This document shows positions 1-10,113 of a stretch of DNA of 64,000 bases, one piece after another. The position numbers and the translations under genes are program-made. The notes beneath the pieces are model-generated. The model saw only the letters and a program-made list of their open reading frames with translations. It had not been told where the DNA came from and ran no database searches. This stretch comes from a bacterium (GTDB lineage Bacteria > Patescibacteriota > 4484-211 > GCA-002791395), in NCBI GenBank assembly GCA_027002475.1, contig JALWZS010000038.1, positions 46,032 through 110,031 on the forward strand, read 5' to 3'. Numbering within the stretch: the stretch's first letter is position 1; each line of letters begins with the position of its first letter.

Positions 1-297
1 ACATTAACGGTTGAAGCGCATAAGGCCGGCTCTCATCAAAAAAAGGGGTGGGAAGAGTTTACCGATTACGTTATACAAAGGCTCTCAAGCGATAAAGAGC
101 ACCTTGTCTTTTTGCTTTGGGGGAGATATGCCAAAGAGAAAGGTAAAAATATTGACAGGACCAAGCATTTAGTTTTGGAAGCCGCTCACCCGTCGCCTTT
201 CTCGGCAGATAAAGGTTTTTTTGGTTGTAAGCATTTTAGTAAGACCAATGAGTACCTAGAAAAACATGGGAGTTTTCCGATAGTTTGGTTGGATTAG
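1..297 (+). CDS. ung: uracil-DNA glycosylase, 5'-truncated by window edge
   Basis: Frame from nt 1 reads TLTVEAHKAGSHQKKGWEEFTD...VFLLWG...AAHPSPFSA..GFFGCKHFSKTN, the family-1 UDG motifs. Confidence 0.95.
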   Translation, partial: TLTVEAHKAGSHQKKGWEEFTDYVIQRLSSDKEHLVFLLWGRYAKEKGKNIDRTKHLVLEAAHPSPFSADKGFFGCKHFSKTNEYLEKHGSFPIVWLD

Positions 298-337
298 GCT
301 TTTTGTTGTAAAAAAGGGTATAATGTCCCAGTAAAAA

Positions 338-1984
338 ATGAGTAAGGTTAAGTATATTTCCCTAGGAGGCTATGGCAATGTTACTCAAAACATGCATGCC
401 TTCGAGACAGAAAAAGACATAATAATAATTGATGCTGGAATTGGTTTCCCTGATAGTGAACAGCTAGGGGTTGATGTTGTTATCCCAGACACAACTTACC
501 TAAAGAAGCGAAAACATAAAATTAGGGCACTTGTTATAAGCCATGCACACGAAGACCATATTGGTGGTGTTCCTTATGTGATTGACGATTTAGGTAATCC
601 TCCAATTTATGCAACACGCTTAGCTCGTGCTTTTTTGCAAAACAAGTTGGCAGAACATAAAAAACTAAAAGGACAAAAAATAATTACAATCCAACCCGAT
701 ACGGCCTCTCTTAATTTTGGAGACTTTGAGATCGTTCCTTACCACGTTAATCACTCTATTCCCGAGGCTCAAGGTTTTTTTATTAGGACACCAGCGGGAA
801 ACATCGTTTATTCTCCTGATTATAAGTTTGACTGGACACCTATCGATGGGCAACTATTTGAAGTGGGAAAACTTGCAAGGCTTGCAACTGAAGGGGTTTT
901 GGCTCTTTTCTCTGATTGTCTTGGTGCGACAAGAGAAGGTTTTACAAAAAGCGAAAGGTCAATTCAAGATGTGTTTGAGAATATTATGGCTGATGCCACT
1001 GGACAGGTCTTTATTACAACGATGTCCTCAAATATTTCAAGGATGCAATTAGCGATTAACGCCTCAATGAAGTTTGGGCGCAAGGTCGTTCCTGTTGGGA
1101 GGAGCATTGTGCAAAACCTTGATATAGCTAGGAACCTTGGCTACATAAAAGCCCCAGACGCAACGTTTTTAGAATTACATGAGGCAAGGCGTTATAAACC
1201 AAGTAAACTAACCTACATAATTGCTGGTAGTTTTGGCCAAGAGGGATCAGCGCTGGACAGGCTCTCTCGCGGTGAAAACAGAAGCATAAAGCTAAAAAAG
1301 AATGCAGTTGTGATCTTTTCAGCAGATCCTATTCCGGGTGTACATGTACAAGTTGGTGCAATGATTGATCGTTTAATTAGTCAAGACGTAAAAGTCGTTT
1401 ACTCTGAGATTCAAGACAACTTGCATGTTAGTGGTCATGGAATTCAGGGCGATATGGCTTTGATGATCGGTTTAACTCAACCAAAGTATTTTGTGCCAAT
1501 TGGCGGTGAGGTTAGGCACCAGCACGCGTATCGAGAGCTGGTTTCTAATATGGGATTTGATCCTAACAACGTTTTTGAGCTAAAAAGTGGTGAGACCGTT
1601 GAGTTTGCTAAAAACAGCGCCAAGCTTGGTGACAAGGTCGAGGTTAAAGACGTGTTTGTTCATGGTAAATTGGTTGGGGATGTGGGGCAAACAATTCTTA
1701 GTGAGCGCTCGCAGCTCGCTGAAGAAGGGGTTGTTGTAATTGCTCTGCGTAAAGAAGGGGAACGGCTTAGCGATAAAGTCGTTGTTGAGAGCCGTGGTTT
1801 TGTTTATCGCTCATCTCACGATGAAATAACAAAAGAGGTTGTGTCTAAGGTGAAAAAGATTATTAAAGGACGCAAGATCTCTTCGTGGAAAGAGGTAAAA
1901 GAAGATGTCGAAAAACGAATTTCTGGGTTAATTTACACACGGATTAAGCGAAGACCAATGGTTGTTGTGGTGTTAGTTAACTAA
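338..1984 (+). CDS. rnj: ribonuclease J
   Basis: LGG..VTQNM, SHAHEDHIG metallo-beta-lactamase motif, HSIPE, DYKFD, HVSGHG. Confidence 0.95.
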   Translation: MSKVKYISLGGYGNVTQNMHAFETEKDIIIIDAGIGFPDSEQLGVDVVIPDTTYLKKRKHKIRALVISHAHEDHIGGVPYVIDDLGNPPIYATRLARAFLQNKLAEHKKLKGQKIITIQPDTASLNFGDFEIVPYHVNHSIPEAQGFFIRTPAGNIVYSPDYKFDWTPIDGQLFEVGKLARLATEGVLALFSDCLGATREGFTKSERSIQDVFENIMADATGQVFITTMSSNISRMQLAINASMKFGRKVVPVGRSIVQNLDIARNLGYIKAPDATFLELHEARRYKPSKLTYIIAGSFGQEGSALDRLSRGENRSIKLKKNAVVIFSADPIPGVHVQVGAMIDRLISQDVKVVYSEIQDNLHVSGHGIQGDMALMIGLTQPKYFVPIGGEVRHQHAYRELVSNMGFDPNNVFELKSGETVEFAKNSAKLGDKVEVKDVFVHGKLVGDVGQTILSERSQLAEEGVVVIALRKEGERLSDKVVVESRGFVYRSSHDEITKEVVSKVKKIIKGRKISSWKEVKEDVEKRISGLIYTRIKRRPMVVVVLVN

Positions 1985-2062
1985 CGTTAAAGGGTATTGA
2001 GAGCTTTATATTAAGCTAACTCTTTTAAATACTTCGTTTCTTGTGATACAATTCGAGCCGAT

Positions 2063-2506
2063 ATGCCAACTATCAATCAATTAATTAGAAAAGGAAGAAA
2101 AAAGGCGGTTAAAAAAGCTAAGTCTGTCGCACTGAAAGGCACGTGGCACTCAGCTAAAAGAAAGATGACCCCAACGTCTAATCCTTTAAAGCGTGGTGTT
2201 GTGTTGCAAGTTAGGACAATGACGCCTAAAAAGCCAAACTCTGCACTTCGTAAGGTGGCTCGTGTTAGGCTTTCTAATCGCAAAGAAGTTACCGTTTATA
2301 TTCCTGGCGAAGGGCACAACTTGCAAGAACATAGTGTTGTTTTAATACGTGGTGGTCGTGTAAAAGACCTTCCAGGCGTTAAATATCATGTGGTACGTGG
2401 TGCACTAGATACTGCTGGTGTACAAGGACGAAAGACTTCGAGGTCAAAATATGGTGTCAAGGCCGAGGTTAAAGGACTCGGTAAGGGAAACGCTAGCGAG
2501 GAGTAA
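2063..2506 (+). CDS. rpsL: 30S ribosomal protein S12
   Basis: [26 protein letters not shown]. Confidence 0.99.
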   Translation: MPTINQLIRKGRKKAVKKAKSVALKGTWHSAKRKMTPTSNPLKRGVVLQVRTMTPKKPNSALRKVARVRLSNRKEVTVYIPGEGHNLQEHSVVLIRGGRVKDLPGVKYHVVRGALDTAGVQGRKTSRSKYGVKAEVKGLGKGNASEE

Positions 2507-2510
2507 TAAC

Positions 2511-2981
2511 ATGCCAAGGGGACGAAAAGTACAACGAAAACAAATTAGTCCAGATGAAGTTTATGGTGACGTTAAGGTCGCTAGATTCATTAATTACGTA
2601 ATGCTTGATGGCAAAAAAGATAAGGCCAAAAAGATTGTATATACAGCTTTTGAGAAGGCTGGGGAAAAGCTGGGCGAAGAACCGTTAGCGATATTCAATA
2701 AGGTTTTAGCAACAATCAAGCCTGAAGTAGAGGTTCGCTCAAGGCGTGTTGGCGGTGCAACATATCAAATCCCTGTTCCTGTTTCACAGCGACGTGGCGA
2801 GGCTTTAGCAATGCGGTGGATTATTGACGCGGCTCGCTCAAGGCAAGGTAGTCCTATGGCAGAAAAACTAGCCGAAGAGTTGGTTAACGCATATAACGGT
2901 GAGGGCGATGCGGCAAAGAAGAGGGAAAACGTTCACAAGATGGCAGAGGCAAACCGTGCCTTTGCACACTTTAAGTGGTAA
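2511..2981 (+). CDS. rpsG: 30S ribosomal protein S7 (start revised to ATG 2511)
   Basis: MPRGR start, RRVGGATYQIP, HKMAEANRAFAH. Confidence 0.98.
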   Translation: MPRGRKVQRKQISPDEVYGDVKVARFINYVMLDGKKDKAKKIVYTAFEKAGEKLGEEPLAIFNKVLATIKPEVEVRSRRVGGATYQIPVPVSQRRGEALAMRWIIDAARSRQGSPMAEKLAEELVNAYNGEGDAAKKRENVHKMAEANRAFAHFKW

Positions 2982-3006
2982 GGTTATGCTTGGATTTTAC
3001 TTGTTA

Positions 3007-3034
3007 TTGACACCCCTTAGCCCTCTGTTATAAT
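3007..3034 (+). promoter_or_regulatory. sigma70-type promoter between rpsG and fusA
   Basis: TTGACA-16 nt-TATAAT, ending 9 nt before the fusA ATG. Confidence 0.65.
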
Positions 3035-3043
3035 TCCTACGTC

Positions 3044-5155
3044 ATGGCAGAAAGTCATAATACAAATACACCAATTAAAGATATCCGAAACATCGGAATT
3101 ATTGCTCACATCGATGCCGGTAAAACTACTACTACAGAGCGAGTTCTTTACTACACTGGTCGTACGTACAAGATTGGTGAGGTTCACGAAGGGGAAGCCG
3201 TTATGGACTGGATGGAGCAGGAGCAAGAACGTGGAATTACGATTCAGTCTGCTGCAACCACTACCTTTTGGCTAAAACATCGTATTAACATTATTGACAC
3301 TCCAGGTCACCTTGACTTTACTGCCGAGGTTGAAAGGGCTCTTCGTGTTCTTGACGGCGCGGTAATGGTTCTTGATGCGTCTGAAGGAGTTCAGGCTCAA
3401 ACCGAAAAGGTCTCAAGGCAAGCGGATAAGTACAACGTTTCAAGGATTTTGTTTATTAACAAGATGGATAAAGTTGGTGCCGATTTTGTTATGACTATGA
3501 ACGAGGTCCGAGACAGGCTAGATTTGCCTGCAGTTGCGTACAACTTCCCTATTGGTGCGGAAGGCGATTTTAAAGGAGTTGTAGATTTACTAAACTACGA
3601 AGCTGTTGTGTGGAGTGGTGAAGAGCTTGGTGCAAAGTTTGATAAGATTCCGTTTGACGAGTATGAAGAAGCAACCGGTGAACTTAGAGAACAGGTCAAA
3701 AAGTATCGCGAGGAGCTTATTGAAAAGATTTGTGAAACCGATGATGTGTTGCTCGAAAAATACTTAAATGGAGAAGAGCCAAGTGTAGACGAGTTAAAGA
3801 TTGCACTTCGCAAAGCTGTTATAGATTTAAGGATTGTTCCTTTATTGGCTGGAAGTTCCTTAAAAAACAAAGGTGTTCAACCCTTACTTGATGCAGTTGT
3901 TTGGTATTTGCCTTCTCCGGCTGAGGTTCCTGCCGCCAAGGGCGTAAACCCTGTTACAGGCGAAGAGGAAATAAGAAAGCCTGATCCGAACGGTCCATTT
4001 GCCGCATTGGCGTTTAAGGTACAAACAGACCCTTATGTTGGGCGGTTAACTTACTTTAGGGTTTATTCTGGGACTATTAAATCCGGTGACTCTGTTTATA
4101 ACGCAACTAAAGGAGTTAAAGACCGTGTCGGTCGTATTCTTTTGATGCATGCTAACGAACGAGAAGAGGTTGAGGAACTGTCTGCTGGAAATATTGGTGC
4201 GTCAGTTGGTTTAAAGGAAACTGTAACCTCGGAGACTATTTGTTCTGTAGAAAAGCCAATTGTCTTGGATACGATTACGTTCCCTGATCCTGTTATTGCA
4301 CTAGCGATTGAGCCAAAAACCAAGGCCGACCGAGAAAAGCTAGGTGAAGGATTGCGCAAGCTTCAGGAGGAAGATCCTACATTTAAACTAAAAACCGATG
4401 AAGAAACTGGACAGGCTTTAATTTCTGGAATGGGCGAGTTACATCTTGAGATTATGGTTGATAGGTTGAAGCGAGAGTTTAAGGTCGAGACTAATGTAGG
4501 GCGCCCACAAGTTGCGTACCGTGAAGCTATTACAAAGCCTGTTAAAGACGTTGTTGGGCAGTATATTCGTCAAAGTGGTGGTCGTGGTCAATATGGGCAT
4601 GTTGTTATCGATCTAGAGCCACTAGACAGAGGTATGGGGCGCGAGTTTGTTAATGCAATTAAAGGTGGCGTAATTCCAAGCGAATTTATCGCTCCTGTTG
4701 AGAAAGGTGTTTACGAAGCATTAGATAGTGGTGTTGTAGGTGGATATCCAGTTCAAGACATACGCATAACCCTACATGACGGTTCGTATCACGAAGTCGA
4801 CTCGTCTGAGATTGCATTTAAGATGGCTGGAACAATTGCTACAAAGGAAGGACTAAAAAAGGCAGATCCGGTGCTTTTGGAACCAATTATGGAGGTTCAA
4901 GTTGTAACCCCACAGGAGTTTATGGGAGATGTTATTGGAGATCTTTCAGGAAAGCGTGGGCAAATTAAAGAAACTAGCCAGAGGGGTAACTCTGTTGAAA
5001 TCTTAGCTTACGTTCCAATTGCTGAGATGTTTGGTTATGCAACTACACTAAGGTCGATGACGCAGGGCAGGGCAAGTTTCATGATGGTCCCGGCAAGATA
5101 TGAGATCGTTCCAAAAAACATTGCAGAAAAGGTTATCTCTGGGGCTAGCGAGTAG
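3044..5155 (+). CDS. fusA: elongation factor G
   Basis: [31 protein letters not shown]. Confidence 0.99.
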   Translation: MAESHNTNTPIKDIRNIGIIAHIDAGKTTTTERVLYYTGRTYKIGEVHEGEAVMDWMEQEQERGITIQSAATTTFWLKHRINIIDTPGHLDFTAEVERALRVLDGAVMVLDASEGVQAQTEKVSRQADKYNVSRILFINKMDKVGADFVMTMNEVRDRLDLPAVAYNFPIGAEGDFKGVVDLLNYEAVVWSGEELGAKFDKIPFDEYEEATGELREQVKKYREELIEKICETDDVLLEKYLNGEEPSVDELKIALRKAVIDLRIVPLLAGSSLKNKGVQPLLDAVVWYLPSPAEVPAAKGVNPVTGEEEIRKPDPNGPFAALAFKVQTDPYVGRLTYFRVYSGTIKSGDSVYNATKGVKDRVGRILLMHANEREEVEELSAGNIGASVGLKETVTSETICSVEKPIVLDTITFPDPVIALAIEPKTKADREKLGEGLRKLQEEDPTFKLKTDEETGQALISGMGELHLEIMVDRLKREFKVETNVGRPQVAYREAITKPVKDVVGQYIRQSGGRGQYGHVVIDLEPLDRGMGREFVNAIKGGVIPSEFIAPVEKGVYEALDSGVVGGYPVQDIRITLHDGSYHEVDSSEIAFKMAGTIATKEGLKKADPVLLEPIMEVQVVTPQEFMGDVIGDLSGKRGQIKETSQRGNSVEILAYVPIAEMFGYATTLRSMTQGRASFMMVPARYEIVPKNIAEKVISGASE

Positions 5156-5239
5156 GATTATTCTTAGCTACGATGTATATATATTCGTTGGGTAGATAAT
5201 GCTATAATTCGAGTACATTTTGAAGGGGGGTGAGCAGAT

Positions 5240-6424
5240 ATGGCAAAAGAACAATTTGAACGAACAAAACCACACTTAAACGTAGGAACTATTGGTCACG
5301 TTGACCATGGTAAAACCACATTGACGGCTGCTATTACAAAGGTGCTTTCAGAGATGGGCCAAGCTGAGTTCGTTGAGTTTGAGAACATCGACAACGCTCC
5401 TGAAGAAAGAGAACGTGGAATTACGATTAACATTACTCACGTTGAGTATGAAACTCCTAATCGTCACTACGCTCACATCGATGCACCTGGTCACAGGGAC
5501 TACATCAAAAACATGATTACTGGAGCTGCTCAGATGGATGGTGCCATTTTGGTGGTGTCAGCAGCTGACGGTCCAATGCCTCAAACTAGAGAGCACATCT
5601 TGTTAGCACGTCAGGTGAACGTTCCAAAACTTATTGTGTTCATGAACAAGATGGACATGGTTGATGACCCAGAACTAGCCGATCTTGTTGAGGTCGAAAT
5701 CAGGGAGCTTCTAGAAAAGTATGAATACCCTGAGGACACTCCAATCATCCGCGGTTCAGCGTTGAAGGCTCTTGAAGGCGATGCTGAAGCAGTTGAGTCA
5801 ATCAAGAAGCTTGTTGAGACAATGGACGAGTACTTTGAGGTTCCAGAACGTGATACAGACAAGCCTTTCTTAATGCCAATTGAGGACGTATTCTCAATTG
5901 AAGGTCGAGGAACTGTCGTTACAGGTCGAATCGAGCGCGGAAAGGTGAAGGTCGGTGAAGAGGTCGAGATTGTCGGAATGAAAGATGAGACAACAAAGAC
6001 TGTCGTGACTGGTGTGGAGATGTTCAGGAAGGAACTCCAAGAGGGTATCGCTGGCGACAACGTCGGGTTACTCTTGCGTGGTATCAAGAAGGACGACGTT
6101 GAGCGAGGTCAGGTAGTAGCTGCACCAGGCTCAATAACTCCTCACACAGAGTTCGAGGCTGAGGTTTATGTTCTATCTAAAGATGAAGGTGGAAGGCACA
6201 CACCATTCTTTAGTGGATACAGACCACAGTTTTACATCAGAACTACAGACGTTACAGGTGAGGTTACACTCGCTGACGGTGTAGAGATGGTAATGCCTGG
6301 CGATAACGTTACCTTTAAGGTAAAACTCATTCAGCCAGTAGCATTAGAGGAAGGTATGCGCTTTGCTATCCGCGAAGGCGGAAGTACTGTCGGAGCTGGA
6401 GTCGTAACTAAAGTCGTTAAGTAA
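5240..6424 (+). CDS. tuf: elongation factor Tu
   Basis: [28 protein letters not shown]. Confidence 0.99.
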   Translation: MAKEQFERTKPHLNVGTIGHVDHGKTTLTAAITKVLSEMGQAEFVEFENIDNAPEERERGITINITHVEYETPNRHYAHIDAPGHRDYIKNMITGAAQMDGAILVVSAADGPMPQTREHILLARQVNVPKLIVFMNKMDMVDDPELADLVEVEIRELLEKYEYPEDTPIIRGSALKALEGDAEAVESIKKLVETMDEYFEVPERDTDKPFLMPIEDVFSIEGRGTVVTGRIERGKVKVGEEVEIVGMKDETTKTVVTGVEMFRKELQEGIAGDNVGLLLRGIKKDDVERGQVVAAPGSITPHTEFEAEVYVLSKDEGGRHTPFFSGYRPQFYIRTTDVTGEVTLADGVEMVMPGDNVTFKVKLIQPVALEEGMRFAIREGGSTVGAGVVTKVVK

Positions 6425-6458
6425 GAAAGAGTAATAAACGCGCGCTATTTACTCTTTC
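6425..6458 (+). terminator. hairpin after tuf, possible terminator
   Basis: GAAAGAGTA...TACTCTTTC inverted repeat directly after the stop codon. Confidence 0.5.
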
Positions 6459-6566
6459 AACGACGCAAAAGTTGCGACCACGACTTAAATAGTCGTGCTC
6501 AGAAGATGGTCTTCTGATTTACCGCTTTGGGTGGTATAATCGGGAGACCTCTTTTGAGGGGAGTAT

Positions 6567-6637
6567 GTTTGAGAGTTGTAGGGTTGAAGAGTTGTAGGGA
6601 AAATACTCTGCAACACGCAACACTTAAACTCTTCAAC
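6567..6637. repeat. octamer tandem-repeat hairpin
   Basis: TTTGAGAG TTGTAGGG TTGAAGAG TTGTAGGG followed by complementary CTCTGCAA...CTCTTCAAC. Confidence 0.75.
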
Positions 6638-6649
6638 GATTAACTAAAC

Positions 6650-6955
6650 ATGGCAGGCAGAATAAGAGTACGATTACAATCTTATGACTACAAGGTGCTA
6701 GATCAAGCATCTGAGGAGATATTGGACGCAGTGTTGCAGTCTGGCGCTGAAGTTATTGGTCCTGTTCCCCTGCCTACCGTTGTTGAGAAGTTCACTGTTA
6801 TTAGAGGTCCTCACATTGATAAAAGATCTCAAGAAACCTTTGAACAGCGTACTCATAAGCGTTTAATTGATATTCTAAATCCTAATCCAAGAACACTAGA
6901 TTCCCTTTCTAACCTAGATTTGCCTGCAGGGGTAAGCATCGAGATTAAGATGTAA
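6650..6955 (+). CDS. rpsJ: 30S ribosomal protein S10
   Basis: [26 protein letters not shown]. Confidence 0.98.
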   Translation: MAGRIRVRLQSYDYKVLDQASEEILDAVLQSGAEVIGPVPLPTVVEKFTVIRGPHIDKRSQETFEQRTHKRLIDILNPNPRTLDSLSNLDLPAGVSIEIKM

Positions 6956-7001
6956 CGCTTGTCTTTGCAATCCTTTTATTTATCCTTATAATTACTTTAC
7001 T

Positions 7002-8819
7002 GTGACGAGTAAGGAAATCTTAGACAAATACATCAATTTCTATAAAGAGCGTGGGCACGTGCAAATCCCTAACGTTTCTTTGGTTCCTGGTGGTGACTCT
7101 ACATTGCTTTTTGTGAACTCAGGGATGTTTCCATTAGTTCCTTACTTAGCAGGAGAGCCACATCCTGCTGGAAAACGATTAGTTAACATTCAGCGCTCTA
7201 TTAGGTTTGAAGATATTGATGAGGTTGGAGATAACCGTCATACAACGTGCTTTCATATGATTGGGAACTGGAGTCTTGGAGACTACTTTAAAAAAGAGCA
7301 ACTGCCTTGGATTTGGCAGTTTTTTGTTGAAGAGTTGGGCATGGATATTAATAAGATGTATGGGACTGTGTTTAGTGGTAATGAATATGCACCAAAGGAT
7401 GAAGTTTCGATTAGTCTCTTAAAAGAGATTTTCCCGAAGTATGGCATAGATGATCCAAAAGAAGGTGAGCGAATCTTTGCGTATGAAGGGAATTGGTGGC
7501 AGCGCGGTGATGCTATTGGTGAGCTTGGCGGTCCTGATAGCGAGGTGTTTGTCTATATTGGAGACGAGGGCACAGGATTTGGTAAAGACCCTGAGGAGTA
7601 CGAAGATGAATTTCTGGAAATAGGCAACTCGGTTTTTATGCAGTTTGTTAAAACCGAAAATGGTTGGGAGGAGTTACCTCAAAAAAACGTTGACTTTGGT
7701 GGAGGATTTGAGCGGATTGCGCTAGTTGTTCAGGGTAAAAAGGATATCTTTGAAACAGATAACTTTTGGCCAATTATTGAAAAGATTGAGGAACTTTCTG
7801 GGAAGAGTTACTACGAGAGTGAAGAAATAAAAAGAGTTATGCGGATTTTGGCCGACCATATACGCTCGTCTACGTTTATCGCTATGGATGGCGTTGTTCC
7901 AAGTAATAAAGATCAAGGATATGCTCTTCGTCGATTCCTTCGTCGTATGGTAAGGTTTGCAAGAAAAATTGGAATTAACGAAAACGTTGCTGGCTCGCTT
8001 GTCCCGACTGTTGCCAGTATGTTTGAGTGGTTGTATCCAGATTTGCCAAGCAAACAAGCAAACATAATTAGCTTGTTTGTTGAGGAAGAGGAAAAATTTG
8101 GTAAAACTCTTGCTAAGGCGGCTAAAAAGGTTTCAAAAAGACTAGACAATTTTGGTGGAGACTCGGCAAATCTAGCTGAGATTGCCTTTGACCTTTTTCA
8201 ATCCATGGGGTATCCACCAGAGATGTTGTTAGAAGATGCAACCGATAGAGGGATTGAGGTTAATGACGAGGAATTCTACAAAGTATATAAGGATAAGTTT
8301 AAAAAACACCAGGAAGGTTCAAGGCAAGGTGCTGAGGCTAAATTTAAAGGGGGATTGGCGGATCATAGTGAACAGGTTGTCAAATACCATACAACGACAC
8401 ATTTACTCCATTGGGCACTAAGACAGGTACTAGGAGAAAATGTTGTTCAACACGGTAGCAATATCACAGGAGAGCGCTTAAGGTTTGATTTTAACCACGA
8501 TGCCAAACTAACACAGGAGGAGGTCGAAAAAGTAGAGAATTTAGTAAATGAAAAGATTAAGGAAGGGCTTAATGTCGATTTTGTAATAATGCCAAAAGAA
8601 GAGGCACTCAAAACTGGTGCAATTCATGCTTTTGGGGAAAAGTACGGAGACGACGTTAAGGTCTATTTTATCGGGGATTCGTTAGAAAATGCAGTAAGTA
8701 AGGAGTTTTGTGGTGGTCCACACGTTAAAAACACCTCTAAGCTAGATCCGATAAAAATATATAAGCAAGAGTCTGTAGGGAAAGGTGTTAGAAGGATATA
8801 TGCCAAGAAGGTGGAATAG
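7002..8819 (+). CDS. alaS: alanine--tRNA ligase, short form
   Basis: LLFVNSGM, HTTCFHMIGNWSLGDYFK, DFGGGFER, ADHIR; editing motifs HTTTH and EFCGGPHV. Confidence 0.95.
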   Translation: MTSKEILDKYINFYKERGHVQIPNVSLVPGGDSTLLFVNSGMFPLVPYLAGEPHPAGKRLVNIQRSIRFEDIDEVGDNRHTTCFHMIGNWSLGDYFKKEQLPWIWQFFVEELGMDINKMYGTVFSGNEYAPKDEVSISLLKEIFPKYGIDDPKEGERIFAYEGNWWQRGDAIGELGGPDSEVFVYIGDEGTGFGKDPEEYEDEFLEIGNSVFMQFVKTENGWEELPQKNVDFGGGFERIALVVQGKKDIFETDNFWPIIEKIEELSGKSYYESEEIKRVMRILADHIRSSTFIAMDGVVPSNKDQGYALRRFLRRMVRFARKIGINENVAGSLVPTVASMFEWLYPDLPSKQANIISLFVEEEEKFGKTLAKAAKKVSKRLDNFGGDSANLAEIAFDLFQSMGYPPEMLLEDATDRGIEVNDEEFYKVYKDKFKKHQEGSRQGAEAKFKGGLADHSEQVVKYHTTTHLLHWALRQVLGENVVQHGSNITGERLRFDFNHDAKLTQEEVEKVENLVNEKIKEGLNVDFVIMPKEEALKTGAIHAFGEKYGDDVKVYFIGDSLENAVSKEFCGGPHVKNTSKLDPIKIYKQESVGKGVRRIYAKKVE

Positions 8820-8834
8820 CTTCCTCATTAAGGA

Positions 8835-8935
8835 AAGTACAAGTTTCAAACGACAATACACAAATGTAAAACACGCAAAACATCATTATGTCCTCTAGTT
8901 TGTTTGGTCCTTTTAGCTTTTGCGGTTTGGTATTT
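8835..8935. repeat. A/C-rich then T/G-rich heptamer-type imperfect hairpin
   Basis: AAGTACAAGTTTCAAACGACAATACACAAAT... followed by TTTGTTTGG...TTTGCGGTTTGGTATTTG. Confidence 0.55.
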
Positions 8936-8988
8936 GCCAGACACATTGCCATTTTTGTTAAAAAAAGCTACATTTAGGGTGTTAAATA

Positions 8989-10113
8989 ATGAAAGTACCA
9001 AAGTTAAAACTCTTTAGAAAAAAGGAAGACCACTTTAACATTATTGATTTGGGTACAACTAATGTTAAGGTCGCTGTCGTACGTGAAGCCGATGACTTGC
9101 GGGAACGTGAGGTACGCGGTGAAGCTACTCGCTTGCAGCCTGTTGGAAATATGTACGGTGGTCAGATAATGAATTTAGACGGCGTAATAGAGATTGTAGG
9201 GCAAGCCCTAGATGAAGCAGTTCTTAAGGCGTCGGTTAGTCCGCGTCGTACAGTTCTAGGGCTTAGCGGCGGAATAATGGTGCCGAAGTCTTTTAAGGTT
9301 CGGGTTAAAAGACAGTCGCCTGATGAGCCTTTAGATGATAAGGAGTTTGACGTCTTGGCAAAGCAGATTGAAAACAAAACGATGGATAAGGCTTTAACTG
9401 ATCTTGAAGCTCTTGGCAACGATAAGTACGTGAGGGTGGAAACGATATTTACGGATTACTTTGTAGATGGCGCTCGAGTTAGTTCTCCGCTGGGTCTTCC
9501 CGGTTCTTCGCTAGAAATTACATTACTGCACTACTTTATGGAAGAGACAAAGCTAAGAGGTTTTAATAACTTGGTAGATCAGTTGGATTTGGAAGTTGTT
9601 TCTATGGTTGATACTGCAGTTAATGCAGCAATAAATTGGATGAGCAAATACGGAGACTTTTCATTACTTGACATTGGTGGAGATGCAACTCAGATAATCG
9701 TTGTTTCCAATGGAAAGGTCGCGTTAAGCGAGTGCCTTTTTGTTGGTGGAATCGATGTTACGCAGGCTATCTCTGAAAGAGTAAAGGTTTCATATGAAGA
9801 GGCAGAGTCGTTAAAGTTAAAGTATGCCCAGGCTCAAGTTCCACATGAAAAGCTACAAGATGTGAGGAGTGCAATTACCGATGTTGTAGATATCATAATC
9901 GACGGTGTGGTAGAAGCATTTCGAAATAGTGGAATTGAGGAAATGCCAAACACTATTTTAATAGGCGGTGAGTCGCGGCATTTGCATGAGTTTAAGACTG
10001 CATTGTCCAGTTTCCCGTGGACCAAGGAACAAAACTTTAGCGTCTTTCCTAAAATAGAATTAGTGCCTGGTAAAGATCCTAATTTTGAAGGGTTACTAAA
10101 AATTGAGTTATGA
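8989..10113 (+). CDS. FtsA/PilM-like actin-fold ATPase
   Basis: IIDLGTTNVK (phosphate 1), LLDIGGDATQ (phosphate 2), GG.D.T, EAESLK, ILIGGES; VDG..V.SPLG typical of FtsA. Confidence 0.8.
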   Translation: MKVPKLKLFRKKEDHFNIIDLGTTNVKVAVVREADDLREREVRGEATRLQPVGNMYGGQIMNLDGVIEIVGQALDEAVLKASVSPRRTVLGLSGGIMVPKSFKVRVKRQSPDEPLDDKEFDVLAKQIENKTMDKALTDLEALGNDKYVRVETIFTDYFVDGARVSSPLGLPGSSLEITLLHYFMEETKLRGFNNLVDQLDLEVVSMVDTAVNAAINWMSKYGDFSLLDIGGDATQIIVVSNGKVALSECLFVGGIDVTQAISERVKVSYEEAESLKLKYAQAQVPHEKLQDVRSAITDVVDIIIDGVVEAFRNSGIEEMPNTILIGGESRHLHEFKTALSSFPWTKEQNFSVFPKIELVPGKDPNFEGLLKIEL

